The notes beneath the pieces are model-generated. The model was not told where the DNA came from, made no database searches, and saw nothing but the letters and a program-made list of their open reading frames with translations. 64,000 nucleotides of DNA from Nemertoderma westbladi (taxonomy: Eukaryota > Animalia > Xenacoelomorpha): assembly GCA_032718475.1 (NCBI GenBank), contig JAUCBJ010004814.1:1-64000 (forward strand), given 5' to 3'. Of this stretch, positions 23,346-35,762 are shown one piece after another (within the stretch, counting starts at the first letter, position 1; each line of letters starts with the position of its first letter). The translations under genes were made by a program, and so were the position numbers.

Positions 23346-24739
23346 AGGATGCACGGGGTGCACTACCATAGAGGAGAGGATTTAGAGCTGCAATGGGGAT
23401 CTAGAGATTCATGGCAAGTCCGCAAGACACAAAGGGCTTATATCCGGTGTTGGTGTAAGTCAGTGCTACTGGTTATCCCGAAGGGAGGGGGGGGGGGTGC
23501 AATTTGGATTCTGTGTCTACTTCAGCCGTTTTTGGTTTGTAAATCAGTAGGTCGCCTGTCTTCTTTATGCTAAATGCTTTATGGCTGGTGCGAATGCTTA
23601 CCACTGAAGCTATCACTACTGGTAATGCTACTGATGACTGATGATTGCACTATTTCTTGTTTCTATTTTCTGTTTCTTATTTGCTAACTTGATGGATCAT
23701 AATTGAAGCAAATTAATACTGTATATTAAGCTAACTCTATGTAAACTATTAGCGTAATAAAAAATTAGGGTTATGAATTCTGTAATACAAAATAATTAGA
23801 TAGTTATAGCAAATACTGTATTAATTAATTATCGTAGCTCCATGCATTGGGTAAGTTAGAGACATTTAGGCTACATAGCGGAGAATAGGGCTACTTTGTT
23901 TACGTTTGGAAAACTAATACCGGTGTTTGTTTATTCTAAGCTAAGCGGTTGTCTAAAAAAAGGGGGTTTGCCATTGCTTTTAGAAGTTTTCAGTAATACA
24001 ACAGGAAGTAAAAGTACTGATTTCCGTAGGTACCCAGGAATAGCCCAGTTTCCAACACAGGCCCACAGCAGGATTCCTAGAAATTAATTTCAAAATTAAA
24101 ATATTCTCCAAACGAACATTTTTATTGGTCGTGTTTAGACGTGTTTAGACAATCGTGTTTAGACCCGTGTGTGGGCGATTCCCTAGCCCATTAAATAAAT
24201 ACCGTATGGCGATATTTATAACCAATGATTCAAGCGAAGCCTTTAATATTAACAGCGTCATGATTAAGTATTGTTGTAAACATAATCTTATAAAGTGAAA
24301 ATACGTTCTATATTTATTTTTTTTATTTATTTATTTCTTTCTCCTGGTACCTCAAATTGCACATACTATACAATTTTTTAATTTTTCTATTTAATACAAT
24401 TATATTTAATAACGGTAGCAGTGTGCGCTACTACAGCCGAACAATAGCAAAAGCAATTTACACCATATTCAGCAAATTTTGAGTTGATTCTATTACAATA
24501 TTGAATTACCGTACCTGACTGTGGTGACAAGATTAGCATATAGGAGGCACTATCTGCTATAATGGAATAGATCTATTCTTTATTTACGTTTATTATTTTT
24601 ATTGGTGTAAATGGAGGGTGTCTGTCGCATACAGATAAAAAAATAATATTTATTTAATTAATTAGTCCATTGGGTATTTTCCAATAGTTTTTAAATTGTT
24701 GTTCCTATGGAGGCTATAATAGCTATATTAATGTCTCTC

Positions 24740-25010
24740 CAGGGCACCATCTCCATTGATCAATTATAGTGAGATCTAAAATTTAGATCTTTTATTTGCC
24801 TCAAAGGTTTTCAAAGGGAACTGAGTGACCAGGTATGCTAGTACAAGCATAGAATCTGTCCATAATGTTAATGTTAGTGGAAAATATAAGTTGGTGTTAA
24901 CCATATCTGTTAACTCAGCTGCCACTGATGCAGCAAGAAGTTCTTTCCGAGGTAATGACAAAAATGTATTTGATTTAATAGTTTCGGATTTTGATGTTAC
25001 GAATGCAACA
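24740..25010 (-). pseudogene. Isolated BEL/Pao RNase H-region fragment
   Basis: SLPRKELLAA...LWTDSMLVLAYL...FEANK followed by WRWCPGE. Confidence 0.75.
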
Positions 25011-25152
25011 TAGATACTCCTGTGGAATTATTTCACTATTAGATAGCTATTTGTAATTGGTACTACGTAAAAAATTTAAAATCCGACATATTTGCCTTGC
25101 TTTACAGTTTGTTATAAATTCGTATATGCACGTGTTTTGGAACGTGTTACAA

Positions 25153-25330
25153 CTGGTCCAGTGGCCCAGTACTACTAGGATCGGCATGCTTCATTGCAGC
25201 TGAATTTTTAAGAATGGTGTGCCGGCTTATCGACAAAATTGCACCGCCACAGTAAGCCCCGTAGGTGGCCCAGTAGGTTAACGCGTGGATCACACTTGAG
25301 ATAGGTCGAGTGTTCGAATCTGGGTCGGTA
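25153..25330 (+). mobile_element. tRNA-derived (SINE-head-like) sequence interrupted by an RTE 3' tail
   Basis: A-box-like TGGCCCAGTAGG and B-box-like GTTCGAATC (about 25312-25320). An insert at 25172-25264 is flanked by duplicated GTGGCCCAGTA (25161-25171, 25265-25275). Confidence 0.6.
25172..25264 (-). mobile_element. About 93-bp 3' end of a second RTE family
   Basis: Its reverse complement matches the 3' end of the RTE fragment at 48860-48945, including GCATGCCGATCCTAGTAGT; 11-bp TSD. Confidence 0.8.
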
Positions 25331-25598
25331 AAATTTACATTTTTGTGCAATTTATTTTCTGTTTCGCTAAATTAGACAAGCCAATGGAGTACGTACAACA
25401 CATGAACAGATTAGTTGGGCCAATCAAAAGGTGTTTGATAATTTATTGGTCCAATGTGAGCCCATGTTAATTAGTTTAGTTTCGATAAATCATTTGTTAT
25501 TTACGTTAAAAATATACTGCAAACTCTGAACATGTAGTTTTTAGCTTTTCTATCTTAAACAGCCAAACGCTTTGGAGAATGGCTGCCTAAACCTTTAA

Positions 25599-27643
25599 CC
25601 CTATTAAACCCGGGGGGGGGGGGGGGGGTCAATATGACCCCCCCCCCCCCCCGTGGTTTTTTTATTATAATTCTGAAACAAACGCAGGTGGGAATCTGAA
25701 ATTTTTTGACTTTTCCTAAAAATCTATTGTCTTCCTAGTAGTGAAAACCGTTTTCTAAAATATTGGGTAGTTTTCGAGTTATAGCACTATTTTTTAACCC
25801 TACTTTTGGCACTTTTTTTGAGACGTTTTTTGAAAATTACATTTCATTAAATATTACTTGTAACATCTCTATTTTTGATTTACACCGGTTTTTTGGTGTT
25901 AGCAATTGGATGGAATTCATATAAATTGATTTAGAAATTTCAAAATTGTTTTTTTCGGTGGGTGCCAAATTTTGGTGCTAGCACCAAATTTTGAAATATG
26001 TTAATTTTGTTCTTTAACTGTATATACATCCGGTGTTTCCCAACCTCCCGTTTTATATGCCACCCTTCCACTCTATCACTAGTAACATGGACGTTAGTAT
26101 AAGTAACTCTGATTACTAAAGGTCGTCCCAAAACTGAAACTATTACACTATTATTAGTATAACCGTCGTCGTATCGCTCCACGTTTAATTCTCCTTCCTC
26201 GTAGTTCAACCAAAATACACGATAACCGCCAATCCAACAATGGATCAATCTTATATCGTTGATGACTATATCGCTTGTTGATAACTAACGCTAAGTTGAT
26301 AACTTAACGTTAAGTTATCTCCCTCCTCCACACATGTTCGTGGGGACTTCGCGCAGCACGTAGTCGGCAAGCCTTGGCATACGGTTCATATAGAGCAAAT
26401 GGAGCATGTCTAGTTTGGACCCCATATCCCATGCTATAAATGTATTCATTCGATATACAATCATATGTTAATCCGCTAGGTGGTGTCAAATTGTTACCGA
26501 CTACGTGTCTATACGTAAATTGGGGTTTTTTGGGGTTCTGGATTCGATGAAATATATATGAGTAGCACCAAGCGTATCAAACTCGTATTTTTCGGTGCTG
26601 TGTGCAAATTTTGGTGCTAGCACGAAATTTTGAAAATCCATTCAATAGATAAAATTGCTTGTGACAATTTATTTCTTGCGTTTTAGAGGTTTATGGCTGT
26701 TCTGAATTCAATGGAATATATAATTATCAAACTAGGCATCTCAAACTTGTATTTTTCGGATGTGGGTGCAAAATTTGTGTGGGCACCAAATTTTGAAAAC
26801 CATCAAATATATCAATTGATTGTGTCACCTTGTTTCTTGCGTTATACGGGTTTGTGATTGTTCTGAATTCAATGGAATCAGTAAAAATTTCTTAATAGTT
26901 CTCAAACTTGTATTTTTCGCCGGTGGGTGAAAATTGTTGTGCCAGCACCAAATTTTGGAAAATATGCAAATTGATCAGTAGATAGTATCACCTTGTTTCT
27001 TGCGTTATACGGGTTTATGAGGGTCCTGAATCCGATGGAATCAATAAAAACAGCACTGGACATCGCAAACTTTGGTGATGGGTACGAAATTTGGTGCTAG
27101 CACCAAAATTTGCCAAATTACGACGAAAAATGCAAGTAGCAATGATCTGGCATAATAGAAATGCATTCCATTAGAATCAGCGCCCTCGAAAACCTGAAAA
27201 TGTGAATTTATAGCATCGTATTGGTGAACTAAAAATTTTGTGTTCTAACTGAAAAGTGCTGGTTACTTGTTTTTTTAATTTTTTTCCTGCGCAGAGATGA
27301 CTAAACAGCCATTTATAGTAATCATATCATTTTTAAATATTTTCCAATGTATTTTGCAACCCAGAAAACCTGTATTGAAAAATAATTAGCCGAAAATGTA
27401 ACTTTCAAATTTTTTGAAAATTGTGCATTACTTGTAATTTTGGTGCTGCAATATAACCACCGCAGTACTTTTTTTCGAAAAATTTTTTTTCAGTCGGATC
27501 CAGACAAGTGATACCTACGTACAAACAAAAAATCAGACGTTTTCGTAAATATTTGTAGATTTTAGAGGGGGGGGGGGGTCAATATGACCCCCCCCCCCCC
27601 CCCCGGTATTTGTACAACATTTTATAGCCCGGTACTAATAGGG
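25599..27643. mobile_element. Non-autonomous piggyBac-type element (about 2 kb), copy 1
   Basis: TTAA|CCCTATTA ... TAATAGGG|TTAA; subterminal G-run GTCAATATGAC C-run palindromes at both ends; internal TTTGGTGCTAGCACCAAA palindromes; no ORF. Confidence 0.9.
26330..26510 (+). mobile_element. Internally deleted copy of the DINE-1/HINE-like element at 34753-35408
   Basis: About 160 bp matching 34781-34945 are fused directly to that element's right-end motif CCGACTACGTGTCT. Confidence 0.7.
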
Positions 27644-27783
27644 TTAAGCCAAAGCAACGCAAGGTGAAGGGATGTCCACGACGCATAAAGGAACCCGCAC
27701 CATTTCGCCCATGCCCATTTGGAAAGCATGACCCGATTGCCTGAGAGCGCTTTACGCGCGTAAGACCTTAGATCCGGGGAAAG

Positions 27784-28554
27784 TGTGACGCCATCCTGGG
27801 ACGCTGTAAAGTGTAAGAGCAAAATACTTTAGATTCAGACAGAAACCCCTCGGTTAACCTGTATCTCTTACAGGTGCAAGCCGATGCTGTTTGCTAGTAC
27901 GTGCGAGTACACTAGGTGCAAATATCACACTCTATAATTTGGTGACATTGCCATACTAGCGGTACAGCACTGTAGGCCTTGCGGCTTTCAGTGCGTATAA
28001 TTTATGTGCGTACTGTAATCAGTAGGAGGTACTGATATTAAATTAGATAATATCAGTAAACTTACATAATTTAGTTTAGTTTTTGTATTTGACTAGCTAT
28101 AGTTAGTTAGTTTGTAACTTATTTTGTCTTAGATCTTTATCTTGTCTTCGAGTCATTGCATCATACGCATCACCGCATTGGCTAGGCTACTGAAAGGCTG
28201 TGAAGGAAGCAGAAAGGCCGAAGGCTGGTGAACTGAGTTTATAGATATAGTTGTTGGTAATATCAGATATAAATCACAATCAGTGTAATATAATAATAGC
28301 AGTAACAATGACAGCGACGACGGTTAAAAACCGTCTGACTTCTACACTCATTGTAGCCAACTGAAGCACAATTAACAGAGTAACGGTTATATATTACATG
28401 GGATACACATTCCTACCTAGGTTTAGCCTACCAGTGAATGTGCGATAATTGATGGAAAGCCGCTCTATCATTGGTTGATCTATTCCCCAGCCAATCCCTA
28501 TTTTTCACTGGACCTATGCTAGCTTCCCCCTGAGATGAGCTATTGTGCTGGCAT
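27784..28554 (-). mobile_element. Degenerate LTR and 3' end of an older A-family BEL element (left part, split by element C)
   Basis: Starts TGTGACG like the A LTR, contains CATTGGTTGAT, and ends CCTATGCTAGCTTCCCCCTGAGA, resembling the A sequence next to its PPT. It continues at 45025 after the GGCAT TSD. Confidence 0.45.
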
Positions 28555-29735
28555 TGTAAAGGCTTTTGCGGAATTAGCTGGTTATTTTCCCCGCAAAGTA
28601 CTCTGTAGTTGTTTTAACGGACATAAAAAGCCGTTTCCTTACTGTACCGGTGTTTTAGTGGACATAAAAGTCATTTCTTATGTATGTGTACTTTAGCGGA
28701 CATAACTAGTGATTTTATGTCGCAATAAGCCAAATACTCTAAACATCGGAACTCCGATGACGACATCTATCAGCTGTGTCCACGTGTAACTTTTCTTTGT
28801 TCTTTGTTCGTTCTTTGTTCGGTCGACCAATCAGAGCGGTTTTCACTCTGTGTTGGAGATTGTATACAGAAACTCATGCAATTCAGTCAGTGTGTGTATC
28901 TTTCTAAGCCCATAACACCGGCTTAGGATTCTTCTGTACTTCTGTGGAAGTTTCAGACTTTAGCAAAACATTAGTAGGCTTTGGTCATAGAAACGTATAA
29001 CTGTTATCAAACCACACCGCACCACATATCCTAATCATATTGTCAACTATAAACACCACATTTTTACTGCTATTTACTGTCGGTTATTAATTATATCAGT
29101 TGATGGAATATTGTTATATTTGGATAATATCGATAAATAATCATAAAACCCCCAATCTTCTTGATATACTGAAGGTAAGAGACCGGTTACATATAACAAT
29201 TGCGACTTACATTAAAGTGGTTTTGGAGTGAATCTAATGCTATTTCATAGGCACTACATGAGTCGGTTGCTGTTCTCTTTATATGTGACTAAAATTAGTG
29301 AAGGTTGGCAGATCGGTGTGCAGCATTGTGCGGTAGTGTGCATGATTGTGACTGATAACAAAGCATCTCCTAAAGAATGCGCTTTATACGTGAACCAATA
29401 GCCATCCCGTTGTGTCTAGTGTAAGTCATAACTCTGTTTACATACTTAGAGCGCCACGTCCTAAAGGAACTGTTAATATTTCCCGAAAGTGAATAATATT
29501 GGTTAGAGATTATATATTAACAATCAGTCGAATAATACAGTAGGCCTACACCGCAATAAGGTCAAAGCTTCCGAATCCAGTCTCCCGGGTATATCCAGCG
29601 GGTGAATGGTCGCGCATAGACAGGCTTCGGCTAATGTAGTGTATCAAATACTCGTCATAGGCTAAAGTCGATTTATAATCTAGAAGACATCTAAATTTGG
29701 CAGGTTAAACTGCTAAAGGTCTGAAAGCGCGAACA
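28555..29735 (+). repeat. 5' LTR of element C (1181 bp)
   Basis: Near-identical to 43824-45019, which carries an extra 15 bp. Confidence 0.95.
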
Positions 29736-30021
29736 ATAACAGTTATTGAGTTCTAATTGCAGTGTAGGCAATAAATACAGTCTAAAGTACCGGTTGACCG
29801 GTACCCAGTAGGCCTAACTACCTAACTACCCGAACCGGTACTTACAGCAGTACAGGTACAGCAGTATTATTCGATTTTGATAATTATATACCGGTAGGTC
29901 TTAATAAGTAATCGGGGACGCCTGGTTTTTATTGAGATTTTACTTAGGCCTATTTCTGTCAGTTTTATTTATTTGAAAGTTAATATTGAGTAGAAGACGT
30001 GTAAGCCTGCTCAGATTGTAC

Positions 30022-30600
30022 AGATAATTTGTAGGCTGGACTGTTGTCTGACTGTTGTTAAGTCTAAAGAGATTGTAGTGTGTGTAGAGTGTATGTCCGA
30101 TAAAGTACTAGTTAGGAACGTAGGGGCTTCCAGTGCTGTGAGGTTAATCCCCCTGAAAGAATAAGTCGTACTACTCGGTTAGAACGCATACTAACTAACC
30201 ATTTCGGAGTCTGCATATACTGTAGTTTGTTTGGGCTTGATAGTAGTCTGCCAGCGTTTGGTCTGTATTTTGTTTGTGTAGTCTGTACGGGTAGCGTAAT
30301 ATTTCTTATTTAGATAATTTGTAGGCTGGATTGTTGCCTGGATGTTGTTAGGTCTGAAGAGATTGCGGTATGTGTAGAGTGTATGTCCGATAAATTACTA
30401 GTTAGGAACGTAGGGGCTTCCAGTGCTGTGAGGTAAATCCCCCTGAAAGAATAAGTCGTACTACTCGGTTAGAACGCATACTAACTAACCATTTCGGAGT
30501 CTACATATACTGTAGTTTGTTTGGGCTTGATAGTAGTCTGCCAGCGTTTGGTCTGTATTTTATTTGAGTAGTCTGTACGCGTAGCGTAATATTTATTATT
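30022..30600. repeat. About 290-bp tandem duplication in the leader of C
   Basis: AGATAATTTGTAGGCTGGA... starts at about 30022 and again at about 30312. Confidence 0.85.
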
Positions 30601-31097
30601 CAGAGTTTATGCGATTATTCGCAACATTCACAACCCCAAGTTTATTCCTACAGTAATTGTGCTTGTTATACATACCGTTATAGTTAACTTAACCCCGGTA
30701 CTATATCAGGGCTGCTTGGCGTAGGTAAAGACTGGTGATTTTGTGCCCCGGTCACTCCTGCAGATACCGTGGTTCCTTTAGCTGTACAAGTATTTCTAAC
30801 TGCTGATTATTTGTTGTATAAGTACTTGTACCTAATTTAGGGTTTAGTGTACAGTGCTTTCCGAAGGTAATTAGTGTGTAGGCAGTATATTTGTGTTGTA
30901 AAGTGGTTAATAGGCACGTTGGTTCTGGTAGACTGCGGTAATTAACTTCTAGGTAGGAACACTCCGTTATACATAACGTAGTACTTATAGCGTTACGGCT
31001 ATAAGTTGTCAGATGGTGGTATTTTTCCTATCTGGACAATGCAGTATATTTACTACTGCTTTGTTATTTTCAAATACCGTAGAATCCTGTCTGTTTG

Positions 31098-32665
31098 TAC
31101 TACTACTACTAGGTCGAGCGAACTCGGACAGTGGAAATGAGATCCTTCCAGGCTTCCCGATTCTCCATAGTTGTCGCAATTTCGTTTCTCCCAAGTTCAG
31201 TATCCCTTTCAAGTTGATCTATATATGTTATGGCAGGTCGTCCACGACTACGCTTTCCATGAGTTGGTTGCCAGAGAAGTAGATCTGGTATGACCTCGTC
31301 TTTACTTCGCCAGCAGTGCCCACTGAATCTTAATCTGCGTTCGCGGAGGGTGGTTGATACAGGTGGTACTGTACCATAAAGCTCGGCGTTTGTCATGTGT
31401 TGTCTCCAGCTGATGTTTAGGGCTGCCCTTAGTAGTCTTGTGTAGCAACCATCAATTCATTGTTCAAGTGATTTAGTCAGTGTCCAGGTCTCACCCCCGT
31501 ATAAAAATACACTTTCCACTGTGGCTCAAAAGAACTTAGTCTACAGGTGCCTGGAGAGATCTGATTTCCAGATGGCATCCATTTTTGATAGAGCTACCCA
31601 AGCCTTTGCTTTCCTAACTTCTATGTCCTTTTTGCTACTCTCTATCCATGATCCAAGGTACTGGAAGTCATCGACCTTCCTTAGTTGATTATTATCAATG
31701 GTTGTCAAGTTTCCATCAACATTAAAGGTCATGAATTCGGTCTTGGTAGCATTTATATGCAATCCAACCTCCTTAGCAGCCCTCTCCACTTTATTTAGTA
31801 GAAGCTGTGCATCTGCTAGCGTATTAGAGAGCAGGGCGATGTCATCCGCAAAGTCAGTGTCTGTGACTGTAGTTGCCGGATATCTACTACTTTTGCGTTC
31901 TTGAAGTGTGAATCCCAGATCTTCACCCTTTGTGGCCATCCTCATTGCGTAATCCAGCACAATTACAAATAGTAATGGTGCTAATGTGTCACCTTGCAGT
32001 ACGCCAGCAAGGATTGAGAAAAACTCAGTTTCACCATCTGGTGAGAGTACCTGCGCTTCTGTGTCACAATATAGCAATCCAATGCCAGCAACAATTACTT
32101 CTGGTATTCCATAAGCTCTTAGGATTTCAAGCATTTTACCTCTATGGATGGAGTCGAATACCTTCTTGAAGTCCACAAAAGTCATGACTGCGGGGAGATT
32201 CTTTGACTTAATTCCTTCAATCAGTCTCCGTAGTGCAAGTATCTGAGCTATTGTTGATCTACTTGGTCGAAATCCGTTTTGGCTCTTACGCAGTAGTTTC
32301 TCTATGTGAGGCCTAATCCTATATAGAATCATTTTATTGTATATTTTGGCAGCTACCACAAGCAGACAGATCCCACGATAGTTTGTTGTTATGCCGAGGT
32401 CTCCTTACTTGGGGAGAGGCTTTAGTTGACCTTTAGTCCAAATTGGTGGTGGCTTTTCCCCTTTTAACATCCGGTTGCAAACATTCAATAATGGTCTATT
32501 TAGCACTCCGGTTTTCCATACCTCCGCTGGGATTTCATCTAATCCACTCGCTTTATTATTGGACATGCTTTTAATGCTTCTTTGGAGTTCGGCAGGTGTG
32601 AAGTCCCCTGTTTCTATAGGTAGTGTCTTGTCATATATTTTCCTTGTTGGGCTGACCTCGATGAT
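31098..32665 (-). mobile_element. 5'-truncated RTE-clade LINE nested in element C
   Basis: ORFs 31541-32359 and 31109-31396: QNGFR, FVDFKKVFDSI, GVLQGDTLAP, DFADD, RLRFSGHCWR; (TAG)n tail at about 31098-31112. Confidence 0.92.
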
Positions 32666-33114
32666 TGTAATAACCAGATATTCTAACCCTTTGTTAGGCT
32701 GGTTTGTAGACTTCTTGTAAAATTACCCTAAAAATTCGTATGTGTAATTTTTTGTGTTTATTTAGAGATTATAATCTCACCCCAAATTGTACGTAATTTG
32801 TAGTATTAAGTAACTTAGGTAAATTAGAATTATTTGTTTTAGTGTCCAACAAGTAGCACTTCACTGAGAGCACACAGCTTCTGTGTAGTGACTCCTTCCG
32901 AGAAAAAATAACATTTATTTCAAATATTGACAAAACCCATTATACGGGTATATATATATTATAAATCAACTCAAACCGATTTATAAATAGAAGGCCTGTC
33001 ATACAACAATTAGGTCTTAATATCAGTTGGACTACTGCTTAAATAACGGTAATAAGGTAAAGTAAGGTAACCAAGTAACCCCTAAATTTCAGAAATTCAA
33101 TTATTCTAAAATAA

Positions 33115-33495
33115 TTGACATACCGGTATTTACGATAGGCTTATTATATTTATTTCTATAAATTTAGGCTGAAATGATATACCGGTATTCTGTAATTAAT
33201 TCTAGTCCATAATTATACTTATATATACTATAAGTGTAAGCTGTATACCGGTATTCACGATAGGACTATTATATATTTATATATATTTGTGCTGAAATTA
33301 TATACCGGTATTCTGTGACAAATCTAGTCTGTAATAATTATACTTATATATACTATAAGTGTAAGCTGTATACCGGTATTCACGATAGGCCTATTATATA
33401 TTTATATATATTTGTGCTGAAATTATATACCGGTATTCTGTGACAAACCTAGTCTGTAATAATACTTATTTATACTATAAGTATATACCAGTACT
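33115..33495. repeat. About 128-bp AT-rich tandem repeat (about 3 copies)
   Basis: Recurrent TATACCGGTATTCACGATAGG...GCTGAAATTATATACCGGTATTCTGT. Confidence 0.8.
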
Positions 33496-33630
33496 CTAAT
33501 ATATTGTATATATATCACGTTACATAGAGTAACGATATCGGTAATTAATTACTAGGCTAACGGTGATACTGAATTACTAGACTTGCTTTAACTGTAATAT
33601 AGCAGTAGGTATTCAACTGTACAAACAAAC

Positions 33631-35762
33631 ATGTATGACACAAAGCAAAACCTGTCAGACAGTCTCTTAGATACAACCATCTGTGACCCAGACAGGAGTG
33701 TTGAACGTGTGAGACCGAAGTTCAATTCACCTCCTACTGTAAGAAAGATCATCCCTCCAGTAGTAGTATCAGACCCTAGGCTAGTCCAACACCGTAGGTC
33801 TATCATAGGCACTCGAGCTCAGGTCAAGCGGGACCAAGAAGCAGCGGAACAGCAGCAACACTCGAGCCGAGAACTTATTTCTCAGCGGCCCGACAGCTCC
33901 AGTAGTGCGGATACTGTAGAGCTGACACCAGAGCGCGGAGCAAAGATGGCAGATGCGGTTTATTCGGATCCCCTTCTCATCCTTCCTGCAGCCGTACTCA
34001 CTAGGGTATTGATTGCAGTGGAGGAACACCAGATTGATTGGGCGAGAAGTAAGCGATCGACCAAGGATATGCGGGATACACAAGGGAGGAACTGAAGTCT
34101 ATTGTCGAGTCGCAATGGAACTTCCCCGGACCCGGACTCCCGTTTGACTTATCGGAAGCTGCCTGGGAAGACATACACCGGATGGGAGTGACAAAAGACA
34201 CCAGCGATCCAACTGTATGGAAGAGGTCGGCAGCAGGATACGTACAGGGATTCTTCAGCTCTATGGAGCGATTAGAGGAACAACTGTTTAGACAACCCCA
34301 AGGACCTCAAGAGCTTATCAAGTTAGAGAAAGAATTCTAAGAATCAGACTAATCTTATCGGCCTTCGAGGAAGCTTCAAAAAGAAGACAAGACACGTCGT
34401 TGCAAGTTGCCGTAAAGACTTGGTTTCAATGGGTGAGTCTCCAGGTTCAAGGAACGGCCCAGTGGAAAGCTCAGCTGGCTGAGCGCTCAACCCATGGAGA
34501 ATCAACATACGCTACCTTTTCCCAAGTGGAAAGCGAAGCGACAGCAGAGAAACCGCATAAGAGGGATGCTATTGACATCTATCTGTCAGACTATCAACGA
34601 TTTGTAGGTGACAAAGAGTTGAGGAGACGGCTGGATGGACTTCGCCCTAATAGTGAAGGAGCCAAGTTTGTTCTGGACACAATAGATGCGGAAATGTTAG
34701 CTGCGAACCAAGCTAAATTTGATGAAAGCAGCCGCATCGCTGGGTCCATGAAGAACAAGTAAAGAAAAAACGTATAGAAGACACGTTCGTGGGGACTTTG
34801 CGCAGCACGTAGTTGGCAAGCCTTGGCATACGGTTCATATAGAGCAAATGGGGCATGTCTAGTTTGGACCCCATATCCCATGCTATAAATGTATTCATTC
34901 GATATACAATCATATGTTAATCCGCTAGGTGGTGTCAAATTGTTATTCTGCAATTTCGTACTTACCAGTGCAGCACTGTACAGCAGTACCGTACCGGTAG
35001 GCCTATGTCATTACTTCTGAGTCTCTAGCGGATCCCCAATTAAATGTCTTAACTTTTCAATTTCGTAAAAGATAGACTTCATGATTCTCTACAGGCCACC
35101 AAAATTTCAGCTCAGGAAAATGAGGCCTTCCCGAGAAATTTAACATTTTCTAAAAACCACATAATCTGTCGTAGCTGACGTCAGACTGCATGATTTTTGA
35201 ACAAACTTTACAAACTTTCTAAACTTTCACTCTACTACTTACCTACTAAGTTTGGTTCAATTCCGAACGAGCGATGCCGAGAAATTCGCGTTCAAACATT
35301 TACCATACAGACGGACGGACAGACAGACAGACAGACGGACATGCCCCATTTGCCCTATATGAACCGTATGCAAAGGCTCGCCGACTACGTGTCTCGCCCC
35401 ACAGAAAGACAGCAGCAGCGGCAATGGCAGCGGCAGAAGCGGAAAGAAAGGCGGCAGAGGCAGTGGCAGAGGCAAAAGCGGCAGCTGCAGCAATAAAAGC
35501 GGCAGCGGCAGAGGCAAAAGCGGCAGCAGCAGAGGCAAAAGCGGCAGCTGCGGCAGTAGAAGCGGAAAGAAAAGCGGCAGCGGCAGAGGCAAAAGCGGCA
35601 GTTGCAGCAGTAGAAGCGGAAAGTAAAGCGGCAGCGGCAGCGGCAGAGGCAAAAGCGGCAGCGGCAGAAGCGGAAAGAAAGATAGCAGTGGCAGAAGCAG
35701 AACGAAGAGCATCTGAAGAGACCACCCAACTAGAGTTACCCAAAGAGGTGAGGTCTCTATAG
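33631..35762 (+). pseudogene. Unknown extra ORF upstream of gag in element C, with an Ala/Glu/Lys helical tail, interrupted by a MITE
   Basis: Coding-like segments 33631-34095, 34400-34752 and 35409-35762 (AEAKAAAA repeats) lie on the element sense strand. Confidence 0.45.
34753..35408 (+). mobile_element. DINE-1/HINE-like (Helentron-associated) non-autonomous element
   Basis: Starts AACAAGTAAAG; long subterminal inverted repeats at about 34790-34860 and 35338-35402; (GACA/GACG)n microsatellite at 35307-35340; a second copy lies at 26330. Confidence 0.6.

Noticed and set aside
35257-35762. Ala-rich ORF as TolA or antifreeze protein, and Cys/Arg- or Leu/Pro-rich ORFs in other frames
   Set aside because: A low-complexity GCGGCAGCA repeat is open in several frames; the resemblance is compositional only.
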